A stretch of DNA of 53,928 nucleotides, the filler included, from Sphacelaria rigidula (Eukaryota), in NCBI GenBank assembly GCA_964200075.2. It is 3 parts of 3 records of this genome, joined end to end, with 100 filler letters (N's around TTAATTAATTAA, not from the genome) between each part and the next. Parts side by side here need not be neighbours in the genome. Positions count along the whole stretch, not along the records: positions 1 to 17,914 come from CAXNAA020000964.1; positions 18,015 to 35,921 come from CAXNAA020000965.1; 1 more part is not named here. One strand, given 5' to 3'. Position 1 is the stretch's first letter; each line of letters opens with the position of its first letter. The notes beneath the pieces are model-generated. The model ran no database searches and was not told the DNA's origin. It saw only the letters and a program-made list of their open reading frames with translations. Made by a program: the position numbers and the translations under genes. Positions 13,353-26,000 of this stretch are shown in pieces.

Positions 13353-14533
13353 ACCGGTCAAGGGGTAGTTCAGTAAAATGCGAGAAGTTGACACACACGC
13401 CAACTCCGGAGGTATGATTGGGTCCATGCCAAGCGTTTGGGTGAGAGCTGTCGATAGTCGTTGCTGAGCGAGGATCAAACGCTAGGGATGACAAGATCCG
13501 AAAAAAGAATTAAAATTGGCAAGGGTCAAGCCCAAGGAGCAAAGTGTTGGACAGGCAGACAGACAAGCACACTTCTATTTTTCTTTATTAGACTTCCGTT
13601 ATGAAACTCCAGTGTACCACTGAAATCATAGTACTTGGTGGTGCTTTTTGCCTCAAAAAATCTACTGTAGGTATATTCTGTGTAGCTAAGAGATCGTCAG
13701 GAAGAGATCATTAGTCGCCGTAGATGGGCAGAAACAAGTGATGCCATGAATGGGGGATACTTTTTCCCCATCCTTACGTTTTCATAGCCTCACTTTTCTT
13801 GGCATACCTATTTCGACGTTTACACTCAGACCAGTTACTTGGTTCATAAACCAGAGGCATTAGATGTATGATCGCGCACACCATCGTGTGTGCGTATGTC
13901 GTGCCTTGTTATCGCCAGCAGATCCCGTTTCCTGACCAAACATAGCAGTTGCTGCAACGGAGTAATGGGAAAAATGTGGACAGAACAAAGTAACGCCTGT
14001 AGCTGTTCATCCGTTTACCAGATAGTTTACGATATCCCCGTTACCTCAAGGTTGTATTGCGCGATTCCAAACCTACCCCAACCCGTGCCAACCTGCACAA
14101 CCCAAAACCCCAAGCAGCGAAAAACAGGGATATCGAAACGCACGGTGCTGCCCCGCCTTAGCGCGTTCAACCGGCTTAATGCCATCACCCCCGGTTGCGT
14201 CTTGCAACGTATAATATTTCAATGCTGTTTGCGTCCCACCAGCTTTCGCTCTACACAGCCGCCGGTGCATGCATGTTAACGTGGTGAACTGGTCCTCGTA
14301 TGGGTCAAACTCCTTGGCGAATTCTTTGGTACACAGACGCAGAATTCGACAAGGGGAACCCTGATCATCAAGCCGAAATAAAGCACACTCGACCGGTGCA
14401 CCAAGTGGTGCTGAGAATTACCGCAACAGAAGTGAGAGTTCTCCCGACAACTGCAATTGTGACGATTGCGACCTTCGCCTGCTCGCACTAATGTATCTCC
14501 CCCAGCCCCATGTAACGATAAAAACAGAAAAGC

Positions 14534-17500
14534 TCAGTATTTATCTCCGTTCCATCCCAGCTCCTTCTTGAGATGTTTCGCGAGCCGGTCAACCATAGCC
14601 TCCGTCTGCTCATCCGTCATTACTTCAGAATTCAGAATGGCGTTGCAGATGACGACCGTGTGCGCTTCCGATTCTGGTGGGAGTGTTCCGTGTTGTTAGG
14701 TGGAAGGAGGTGATGTCGATGATGCCGATGATGGTGACGATTATGATAATGATGATGATGATGATGACGGCGACAATGCCAGTTGTTTCAAGTGTGACAC
14801 ATGGCGGCAACATGGGAGACGGTAGAAAGTCAATCGATGCGCATTGCGAAAACGAGGCGGAGAATGACAGCGCCAACACACCTCTTGAATCATGGCTGCA
14901 CGCGTGGCTCAACTCCTCATAGCGGCTGAGACTATCGATCGACCCACCATGTCAGAACACAGGAGATTCCCTGCCCCTCCCGGTGTTCTCGTACTTACCG
15001 GAATCTACCCAGAACGCCCCATTTAAGCCCGCGGCGATCTCGAAAGGCATGTGCTTGGCCAGGGTATTCAGGACCCTACGTGCGGTGCGGGACGAGCAAG
15101 GTGTATGCGCGCGACGTATATCAAGCGATAGATGAAAAAAGGCAACCAGTATTCTGAAAAACTTGTTGGGGTCGGATAAAGGAGTGCGAGACATGGGCAG
15201 CACGACGAGAAAGCGAGGGAGAGACATACATACATACACACGCATACACGCATACAGACAGGCAGGGGAACAGGACATATGAGATACACTGTGATAGATA
15301 CAGACATGATAGATCAAACTTGAGATTATATTCGCCAGGGGGCTGCATCACGTATTCGTCTCAATTCATTGTGCTTCCGCAAAATCGGACACCGAGTGAG
15401 TCAGCGCCAACCCTGATTGCCCACCAGAATGCCCGAGGGGTGAACCGATGCCTGGTTAATCAGACACGGTCAACCGGCAGCTGGCAGCGAAACATACAAA
15501 AACACAGAAATATCCACGTCAACGCCCTTCGGAAACCGTGAGGGAAAGTTACCTACGCGCCTCAAGGAATCGCAAAGCTCAAATTCATGACACGCTCACA
15601 CGCGAGGGAAGGACAGATTACGATGGTAGAACCGTGCCTCTATCTTTCGATCTCTCCGTAAGGATTTTCTCCACCGTTTGTGGACTAAGCTTGACCTGCA
15701 GTTTGGCTTCGTGAGGCTTTTGGCGAGCATGAGGGAACACCGCTGCATCTTGCCGCCGTGCAGTTCTCCGAACGTCGACTGTCCAGTCATCCAGTCTTTC
15801 TTGGACCCGTGGTGCGTGGCTGGTCTCCACACAGGCATGCAAACACAAGGCCAATACGCGAATCGGGGTGGATATGTTGTTCCAACAACAGCGCAAGAGC
15901 TTATGTTAGGATGCGACTCATGAGGAAGGATTCGATTTTTTTCCTGCTGTCGCCTTTTTTCTCTTCCCTCTGAGTGTACTCCGAAGCATATACGTCACCG
16001 AAGACGTCAGCTCGGACACAGGCAACCGTTCACTACATGCTAGGGGAGCCACATCTATCCTCTGCCATGTCGGAGAGAGGCCATTTGGAGGGTACCCGGC
16101 GATCTATCTTCCAGTACTCGCAGAAGGCACCTGAATGTTGTTGATTGTACTTGCAAAAGTACCCTTTGAAGCACATGTATCCCAATTGCCCATGTCGCTT
16201 GCACAATTCCAGGTTTTCCTGAATAGGTTTTGTTCTGCCCCCCTCGATAAACCGATATCACTGCACCCATTCAACATGGGTGCACCTACGACTGCGTGCC
16301 ATTAGGTACTTACATGTGCACGTGAGCTCCGTTTCCATATCTTTATTGGCCGCCATGACACGACAAAACACCAGCGACCCGCTCTGTTCACGCGCGTCCA
16401 AATTATTCGAACCGTTCGGAAATCCGTCATGATGCCACGAATCGACAAAAAGGTAAAAAGAAAAAAGGCAAGCACAGGTGCAGAGGCCGTCAGGGCGTTG
16501 TGAATCCAAAGAATACCAAGCAGAGGCGACAAGCAAGAACACAGACGACACCGAAAAGAACACAGTGCACAATCTCTCCGCAGTTGTTGATATATCGTGC
16601 CTTCGAGGGAACGCTATCAATGAAGAAAAAAAACAAACGGAAGGGGTGTGGCCCTTCGCACCGCGGTCGCATAGTCGCTGTGCTTGCCGTCAAACACGGC
16701 GCAGCGCATTTTCCTGAAATTTCCAATCCAAAAACAAAACATCTGGCATTTCACGCAGAGAAGAAAGTACAACGTGCACACTTGAACTGTAGTTCCGCAA
16801 GTACTACAGTGCTTGAGACAATGTACACTTTTTTCTACATCACCTTCAAATTCGGCTTGCTCCGCTTAGACGCGCCGTCGAACTCGAGCAAGCCGAGCAA
16901 TGCAGGGCAGCTGGGTGTCATGCAAAATTCAAGTTCAACGCAGGACATGCAACCTGTGAGACTAAAAGATGAAATGAAAGTATGACTGAAATGAGATAAT
17001 ATGCATCGATTGCTGACGCGAATGGGCACAAAAACACTAGCGGCTTTGAAGCAACCGACGTGCAGGCCCAAAAAACAACGTGCAGACCAGACCAAGCGGG
17101 GACAGCAGAACACCTGCTGTATCAGCTGGTCAAAACACAAACAAAAGAAGACGAAATCCTGTGAGCACACTGTACACCCCATCGGACCCACAAAACAGAC
17201 CCCTGATCAAAGCGCTAACACCGCTCAATTCACGACACTTCCCTCGATGACTAACAAGACAGCAACCAACAAGAAACTAACATACTAACTGAGGTGGGAA
17301 GAGACTTCCGAGTACTTCCGAGTACCAAAGAGCGAAGGCCGAAAAATGCACGCGTGCCCTTACACACATCCTGACTACACATAGCAAATATTTTTGACGT
17401 CAACATATCTTCATCCGCAACACTATATATTTCCCCTCTCCCTCTTCCTCTCGCTATCTAACCTGCCGAATATGCTGACCCTGTAAATCTCCCCCGCTCG

Positions 17501-17672
17501 ATCCTCCACCACCCCCAACACCTGATCTTCTACCCTAGCGCTATACCGTCGGCCATTGCTCTCCACCCAGTAAGAGCACGGCGGTCGGTATCTGAGAGTT
17601 CCAGCGCGGGTGGCGAGAACGCTCTCTCCCTGCTGCACCAGCCCAGGACCGATGCGCAGACTTCTCGTAGTC
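14534..17672 (-). CDS. EXOSC3: Exosome complex component RRP40; exons 17463-17672, 16844-16910, 16314-16383, 15696-15819, 14999-15075, 14534-14673; first exon not firmly located
   Basis: All junctions are GT-AG and in phase. The joined product reads LRIGPGLVQQGESVLATRAGTLRY...YWVESNGRRY...VLGVVEDRAGEIYRVSIFGSCPALLGLLEFDGASKRSKPNLKSGSLVFCRVMAANKDMETELTC...FGELHGG...PFEIAAGLNGAFWV...HTVVICNAILNSE*, the S1+KH pattern of RRP40. Confidence 0.92.
14710..14770. repeat. Imperfect (ATG/GAT)n microsatellite in an RRP40 intron
   Basis: gatgatgccgatgatggtgacgattatgataatgatgatgatgatgatgac. Confidence 0.8.
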
Positions 17673-17914
17673 CTGTGTGCCGTGATGTCGTCTTCGTGTC
17701 GGGAAAAACAATCTCAACGTGAATTTTGTGAGTATTGGCATCATCACCCAGAGGGTGCAAAAAGTACAACCCGCACCTTTCAACGACATTGGGGAGAATC
17801 CTCCGTTGGTATAACGCATGCGCTTCATTCATCACACAAGCTACAGGCTGGGACGCCTAAGACGCGGACAGGGATGTGAACACGCGATTTAACAGCTGAG
17901 TTTTAGGTTGTTTT

Positions 17915-18014
17915 NNNNNNNNNNNNNNNNNNNNNNNNNNNNNNNNNNNNNNNNNNNNTTAATTAATTAANNNNNNNNNNNNNNNNNNNNNNNNNNNNNN
18001 NNNNNNNNNNNNNN
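17915..18014. other. Assembly gap with an artificial all-frame-stop linker
   Basis: N-run, TTAATTAATTAA, N-run; 100 nt in total. Confidence 0.95.
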
Positions 18015-19479
18015 CTGCTCTTGGGTCCTTCCTGTGTATTCCTCTGCTTGTCCCTCCCTTCCCCCCCCCCCGGTCCTGGTTTCATGCCCTTGTTTTTTTT
18101 TTTTTTTTTCATCAACGCACGTAAGAATGTAAGGATATATCGACTCAGCATACGCTGATAAACATTGTGCATGTTTTGCCGCGGCTACCAGCAAAAAACA
18201 CGGAACCAATAATACGCGTTTGCTGAAGAACAGTCGGATTTTGCGGTTGCTCGGGTACGCTACAGCATCATTCCCGGCGTGGAGACATCTTCACGAGTCG
18301 CGTGTCATGATTGAAAAAAGCGAACATGGAAAAAAGTATATATATATATATATATATATTGTGGAAGACACCTCTTTGCACTAACATATCAGAGATTGAT
18401 GCCACACATGTATGAAGAACCAGCGCATGCAGGTGCAATGTAAGAACGGTCCGAAATGACCAGATTACCGGGACCCTATAAGGCCAACGATACTACACAA
18501 CTCAGGGTGATGCCAGGAAGAGCCCGATATCAGGGCGGCTCAAAATCCCCCCAGAAACGGGTCACCCCACGGTGAACACATCAAGTCCAACCCACTTCTT
18601 GTCTACATTACGCAAGAGGAAATCATCGCCAGCCTCGGCGTTCCTCCGGCGTCAGGACGACATCTCCAACGACAGTCTTCTCCGCAGGTCTCTCTCTACC
18701 CTGACGATACGCTTTCCTCATGATATATCGTTTCCCGTAACTATTCGTTTGAGGGACACAAGTCTAGATCGCTTCAAATCACTTCACTTGATCCACATAT
18801 AGGGTCGGTGGGACGGCGTAGTTCTCAAAATGGAACCGCATCGCACAGGAGCACTTGACGACAAGCCTAACGACATCGCAAGTCAGGACACACAGAAGTA
18901 CCTACCTGCCCGTGAGACGCAGCCTATCACCAGTAACACGGTTCTGACGTACGAAAACAATAACTGTCTGAAAGCGGTTTTTTTCTGTAATGGAGATTAC
19001 TTCAGGTGCGGCCAAGGACATCATACAATGTCACTTATTTTTATTTCCTTCTCCCATCGTATGTTCAACGAGGTCATATATATCACCCCTTGGTAGAATG
19101 GAACTCTCTCTCGGAAATTCATGAATTTCAAGATAACGCTATACCGGGATACCAACTCCAATCCTAACCCCAACCCTAACCAAGGCGTACGAGAACCCTC
19201 GAGCAAAGGGGGATGCAAAGTGTTCCCTAGACAAAAGTGTGCCGTTGGTAGACCTCAAATCGACACAACACGCGTTCTGCGCACGCTAGGAGCACTCGGG
19301 ACTGTCAGCCCCATTGAAGATTCAAATTTCGTTGTTCTCACTCAAATCAAGCGCGAATATTCCGCGAAAGTTTTATTTTACCAAGCGGTAATATCTACTG
19401 CGTTCAACTCCTCCCCTTCCTCGGGATGAGTCCGCGGTTTCGACGGATCAACCCATCTGCCCCCGGAATACCCCTCATG

Positions 19480-19745
19480 AACGAACGTGGCATGAAATCG
19501 TTCGATGCATTAGACAATAGGGAGAAAACAATGGCCATGCTAGGAGATAGATGGTGTCCACAAAAGGCGAAACAGGACGGGGGCAAGATACGTAAAAAGG
19601 CTTTCGTGTGATGTATGGAAGGAACGTAAGGAGCACCGAAATGTTGGAGGTGCCTCTACTGGGATTACGAACGGTGCTCCATCTCGAAGGAGATGTGTGG
19701 TCAATGGTCAAACGACTATAAATAAGGTAAGCAACGAATGAGTAT
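19480..19745 (+). mobile_element. 3' fragment of a non-LTR retrotransposon (LINE)
   Basis: Encodes FDALDNREKTMAMLGDRWCPQKAKQDGGK...; homologous to the minus-strand copy at 27700-27855 (shared GAAATGTTGG.GGTG.CTCT..TGGGA.TA.GAACGGTGCTCC.TCTCGAA). The LINE assignment is from recognition, not a search. Confidence 0.6.
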
Positions 19746-20055
19746 CCCCCCCCCCCCCGCCCCACCCTGGAATACCCCTCACATTTCGATATCGCGATTT
19801 AGATCATGACCAGCACTCGTGCACCGACGGCGTCGACTCTCGTCAAAATATTAATTTTGCTGCTTTCATCGTTACGGTTACAACGGCAGAATCTACAAAA
19901 ATCTCATACAAACCCGGGGGGCAGAAAGGCAGGAATAGAGCCGTACGACCCTAATTCTACACGTAATGACTCCACGCAGAGATCACCGCACGGTACGTAA
20001 GTGAAGTACAAGCGTACACAATGCTGGTTCATGTATATCTTGAGGGTTGACGTAC

Positions 20056-23000
20056 CTGGCGTAGACCTCGTCGACAAGATGCAGGTCGTCCACAGACATT
20101 CTTCTAGAAAGAAGCGCCTTCCACACGACTGGGTTCAGGTTCAGATTAAGAACCTATTTCAGCTCAGATCCAGTTCGTTTCGGGGGGGAGGTCAGAGAAT
20201 GAGATATATTGGCGAAATATCAGCGCGCACGGAAACTGGTACCAACAGCTCTTCCCATGACCAATTTCACAATAGGTTCTATGATTACCTCTTGATAACG
20301 TATATATTTCGTACCGCGAGCCTAGATCTGTGACCACGGGTTAGAGATCGGGCTAATGTACGGAAATAATCATAATAATGAAAAGGTGGTGCTATGTATT
20401 TGGGTAGGTGGTTCATATATTTTGGTATGTGAAAGAATGTGAAAGGAAGAGCACGGAGGGAAAGGGGGGCGAGAAGGATCATTTTTTTAATTTGGATAAA
20501 GTATGGAAAACCGGACGCAAATGTACTAATTTGGGTATCGAGCGGAGAGACATTACGCTAATAAAAAGTAGGATAAGAAGAAGAAGAAGATTACAACAAC
20601 AATGCTGACTTCTACGAGAAAGAGCACAACTCATAACATGCGCAATTCCCCCGGTTTCACCCGTAGGGGAAGTGTTGGTGCAGGGCAGGACGAATGATGA
20701 CTATTTCCGTCGAACACCTTACCGGTCGTTTTTCTCCGAACCAGTAAACGAAAAACTTCAACAAAACTTCTTAAAAACCATCTTCATAATCCAGGACGGA
20801 CGTCGAACCCGCAAAGATCGACTCAAACACACCAACTCAGAAACGGAGAAGCATTATTATCATGTCAAACACTACTACAACCTTTCCTTACCTCCCTCTG
20901 TATCAGGTTAGCTCCGATCATAATACCGATGAACTCGAACGCACGGAGGTCATCCACATCCACATCACCCCGCCGCGCCCGCCGCGATCCTAGACCATCC
21001 TTCCTCCTCCCCCCCGCGACCGCGCTCGTTCCCGCCGCAGCGGTGCCTTCGGCCGTCTCGTGGACCAAGTCCCTGGGACAGTACGAGGACATGCCATCCT
21101 CTACGGGAACGAAGTACGCTTTACCGGGTCTTCCGTCACCGCGGCCCCCCGTTTTGACGTCTTGTGGACCTACTGCACACGCCGCGGCCGTTGCCAGCAC
21201 AGCGGAATCATCAATATTCCCAGAGATACCAGCAGCGGCGGCGGCTGCAGCACCAGCAGCGCCACTAGTCGCAGCGCCGGCGGTCACCGCCGCCGACGTG
21301 CCGCCCCCGAAATCACCACAGTATTGTTGTTGTCGTTGTTGCTGTGGTTGAGGCGGATTGGCATCACCGTTACCTGGCAGGGGGTCGACTGCATCATTCA
21401 CTCCGCTGCCTCCGCCACCAACGCCGCCCTTGCTCGATGCATTGGGAAGCAAGTCGGTCGATTCGTCGAGGCTCGTCGGCGCTTGCCGCACCTGTGGCCG
21501 TGGAACCGCGGATGCGTCTTGTAGAAGCGCAGGCGCCGCTGCCGCTGTGACTGGTGGTGGTGGTAAAGCAACAACGGGAAAATGCTTCGAGGATGGGACC
21601 GGGGTACGAACGAGATCCTCCGCGATCAATTCCCAAGCTTCACGGGTCACCCCCGGTCCAATGCCCGGCTCTCCTTCAAAACAGAGCGAGATCTCGCTTC
21701 CCCTGTTGTCGTGTGTGGCGAACGGAAGGCACATGCGAATCATACGCCGGGGCGACCCGGGTGACCCCCACACGGTGGGGAAGAGTGAGGAGCGGTCCTA
21801 TTACAGCACGTATCAAGATACGAACGTGCTTTGTTTCGAGGGGGCGTTGTGATTTTAAATAGCACGGCTCACACCGCAAGCACCTTGAATCGAGACTGTA
21901 TCAAAAGCTGCCTCACCCACGATTCGATAATCAGACCTCCTGATATTTTGACCAGAAGTCGACCAGAAAAAAAAAAAAGATTTCGCAGAGGAAATCACAA
22001 TGCCCCGACAACAGCACGAGACAGAAAAACAGCTCCATCCGACTTTTGGAAAGAAAGGCCGCTCTGAACGTGGAACGCATCATCAGCTCCACGCGGATAG
22101 ACAAATTCCAAGCCCTTTGTGAAAAAAATATGCCCCGCTTGTTTGTTCAGCCACCATTCCCCCCGACTACGCACTTTAACAATTCCGCCAGCCCGGAAGT
22201 ACCGTGCTCGCGTGCACGGGCTTGCATCCACCGTAGTACCGTTTCGAGGGGATGTCCCGGTTCGCGCCGAAGGTGGATTATTCCGAAGCGGCCGTCGCAT
22301 AGTGGCGTTAGAAGAGTCCAGAGAAGATTTCGCTTATTTTCGAAGTCCAGAAGTTTCGGCTGATCTCGTAGAAAGCTCAAGGAGGACAGGAGCAACCCCG
22401 GTTGTTTTCGAACGAACCTGATGTTTGGTGCAGGCGAAAAGAAAGGGCAAAAACAAGAAACAAAAAAGCAGTGATGGCAGTTACTTCGGTACACGTAATT
22501 ACGCGTAAGACACTCCCGCCATAGGACCGTCAGGTCTACTTCCTATGAAAGCGAATCCAACGATGATTTCCTGGTTTTGTGGTAACTTGAACCACCCCAC
22601 TATCCACGGAGCCCCCTTTTTCACCCAGTTCATCGCACATATGCAGCATCCACATAACACATTCCCTGCACAGCACAGCACAGCAGGACAGCACACACTC
22701 ACACACACACACACACAGCCCAAGCGGCAGCAGCTTAATCTTTGCCGTAACTTGCGTGAGTAACAACTATTGCTCATTTTACTCCGTTAGACGTGAGCTC
22801 TACCCGTGCCATAACCGTGATCACTGTATCAAAGGTCGGAAGAAGTTGTTTTCAATACAGTAGTCAGCGTCAGAAGTACGCAGAATTCGCAATTTCTTAG
22901 TTTCTCCAAGATTTTTCAAATTGTTTCGCTTGCCACCGCTCATCACCGTGACTGTTGGATGCCAAAGAATAGACATCTGCGAGATATTTTATTCATCGTG

Positions 23001-26000
23001 ACAAATATTGAGAGAAAAAACATCTGCGATCAATATTGAGTGACTTCCGGGCTTGACCGATCTTCCGGGGTCCTGCGAAAGTGAAACCCCTTGTTCTAGC
23101 TTTTCGGTATTTTCGGTGGACCGACTCGATCCCGATCATATAGGTGAAGACTCAAAAATGATCATTTTATTCAAATCCTCCTATTCACTGAGCAAAAGCC
23201 GGAAAACTATGTTTCTTGAACCACCTACGGTCATTAACACCCTCCTGATAAATGGGGTCTTTTCTCCGTATCGCCCCCACAACACCAACTGGGGCATTAT
23301 GATTTGAGCACGGTCTGCTTATTTTGCCGAAACTATCGACGCCAGCACTTTCGAGTGCTCATGGAAAATGTTATGCGAAAGAAAAACGGAAAGAGGCCAT
23401 CCGCAAGAATGCTAGACTGGGGTCTGTGCAGTATAGGAGGGAAATACGATCTCGATCGTTGTTGTGAACATTTTTTCACGTATTTATTCATCTGAACAGT
23501 TACCGTTTCGTTTCAGAAGAGCCTGAAAACTCCTTGTATTGGACCAAAAACGGTCGATGACACCCTCCTGATAAACGGGGTATCTAGTCCGTAACGCCCC
23601 ATACACACCAACCTGGGCACTGAAGTTTGAGCGCGGCCTACGCTTTCCCCCTAAATCTACCGGCACTAGTACTTTCAAATAGTAGTGAAGAATACTACTC
23701 GAGGAAAACTCAAAAACTGCAACAACTACGAATTCTCAAAACTTCTGATGCTGACTACTATACACGGTATTCACGCTTGTACATTTCGCACCACACCACA
23801 CGGCCCTAGACCAACCAACACAAGCCATAAATCATGTCTGCCTGTGCTCGACAGCTTCATCGTGCGCCTAATGTAGACCAGCACAGGCCGTTCACAGCAA
23901 CCTGCATGAGGTTTTCGCGGAGAGGATAGAACTTACTCGTTCACTATGGAGAAAAACGCCGGTACGGTCGCCAAGTTACGAACCACTTCGAGCACTCTCG
24001 GCTGGTTGCGGCCTCCCGGGGAATGCCAAACGTTCCCCAACGCTTCAAGCTGCTTCTTAGGCTCATGACACAGGAGTTCCACTATCGCCCCTTCCTGTTT
24101 GGATAATGACAAACAAGTAGGGGAGAGACCAACGGGGACGGCAAGAAATCATGAGCGTTACACAAGTAGCCGTGCGGAAGGGATGGTGTCGTACGGAGAT
24201 CGCATATCTCGTACAGTAGGTGAAATCTAAACGCTGTATTTCTCATGGAAATAAATAATTTTTTTAGGGTTTTCGGTTGCCAAGCCTCATCACGGTCAAC
24301 GCTCTGGTTCCAAAGTTTTGGAGGTCAAATCATGTTTGAACCCGACACAATCCCCAAAATCGAACATGTTTTTTTTCTTCACAATCAATTTCGAACGACT
24401 CAACGGCTAACGGGTCCTCGGGGATCCGAACGAGTATACAGCCCCAACTTCTCGCTCTTCGATATTTCGCTTGACCAGACCAATCCCGATCGCTACGGCA
24501 AACGACTGTGTGGTTCAATTAATTTTTTAGTTTATGGTTTTTCATTGCGCTACAGCTGATTTTTTTTTTTCCCAACCAAATACGGTTGTTAATACCCCCC
24601 ACTCCCCGGTACAAAAAAAACGTTTCCTTTCGTCTCGGTCCAACAAAATTAGGAGATGTATCTTGTGAGCGACCTGCTTCGTTCTACCCACGCCTACTGA
24701 TTCCCGAACTTGTTGAGTGAAGGTGACAAATCATTTTTTTGTTTTGCCGCGCGCTGAACCCCCCCCCCTTCCTAGAGACGAGTCCGTGGCCTCACGGGAT
24801 CAGCCCATCTCTCCCCGGTACACGCCTCGCATTTGGTCTCTCGGATTGGGTCATGACTATCAGCACCGCGCCAACTCCCATCAACCAAACCCCGTCAATT
24901 ACGTTTTGCATACGCACGTCCTCGCGCCTTTCGACGGTGGGAATCAGATGCTGCAGAAGAAAAGCAACGCATCGAGAATCGAACCCCCACGTTCTCTCCA
25001 CCCTAGCAGTGACAGTCGAATGCGCGAAAAAAAAAAAATGGTGAATCCAGCGTTAACACGCTAGCCATTCCATAAGGGGAGAATACAAATGACGCCAGGA
25101 CATCGTCGAGCTATTATGCGACGCGGGTAAGAACCCCCTACCGTCGAACTCAACTGCGGAATGTTCCAAGGTTCGGACGAGTCAATGATGCGTCTGTAAA
25201 TTACTTGATTCTAGTGTGATTGATTCGTACCGTATGAATCAACCCTCAGGCTTTTGTTTTCAGCGTTGCAACCTAGGTGCGCGCACCCCAGGTACGTGGA
25301 ATGGCGCAAAAATTGCGCGGGGTCTTCTTTTTTTTATCAGCGGTCAACTTTTTTCTCCATTTGGAGCAATCAGGCCTCAGAAATCATGGATTTGATTATT
25401 CGAACCGGCGATGATTAGTTTGAACCGTGACGTTTTCCGAGGTACGGTGTGCCGAGCAAGGCCGAGACGACCGATATGTGCCTGTAATTCTAGTCCAAAT
25501 GTGCACGCGGTGGCTAAAATGCCGCCAGCGACACGACAATGAGGAATCTCTCAGCGCGCACGTAGCTCCACACGGGGATCGTTGGCCTACATCGCGACGG
25601 AGTGGCTCATCAGCGATATTGTGGCGTAGGGTACCTGGTGCATTCTAACTAGCTCACAAAATGTTACGGTTCGGACGAATCATCGCCGGTTCGAATCACC
25701 AAATCCACGATTTTTCAGGCCTAGTTGCTCGAAAAAGAGAAAAAAAGTTGACCGTTTTTCAAAAAGGTTCCGGCGCAATTTTTGCCTCATTTCACGTGCC
25801 TGGGCTACGCGTACCTGGGTTGCAACGCTGGTAACACTGCCTGAGGATTGATTCGTACGGTACGAATCAATCACACTAAAAAATCAAGTCATTTCCAGAC
25901 GAATCATCGATTCGTCCGACCCTTGCAAAATTTCACACATCGGACAGCTCATGAGCTACCAAGAATGACTAATGGGGAAGGTTTGTCAGATCCCTTATCC

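Noticed and set aside
14300..14491. Short plus-strand ORF downstream of the RRP40 stop
   Set aside because: No family motif and no convincing splice chain; probably antisense to the 3' UTR.
17959..17970. TTAATTAATTAA palindrome, also present in the gap at ~35.97 kb
   Set aside because: Centred in fixed-length N-runs; an assembly linker, not biology.
19152..19182. Telomere-like CCTAAC repeats
   Set aside because: Only about 4 degenerate units; too short to call an interstitial telomere.
22043..22115. Possible extra HECT-gene exon (AWNLSIRVELMMR...)
   Set aside because: It needs a very short intron and breaks phase; exons 22175-22417 and 20892-21702 already join in frame.
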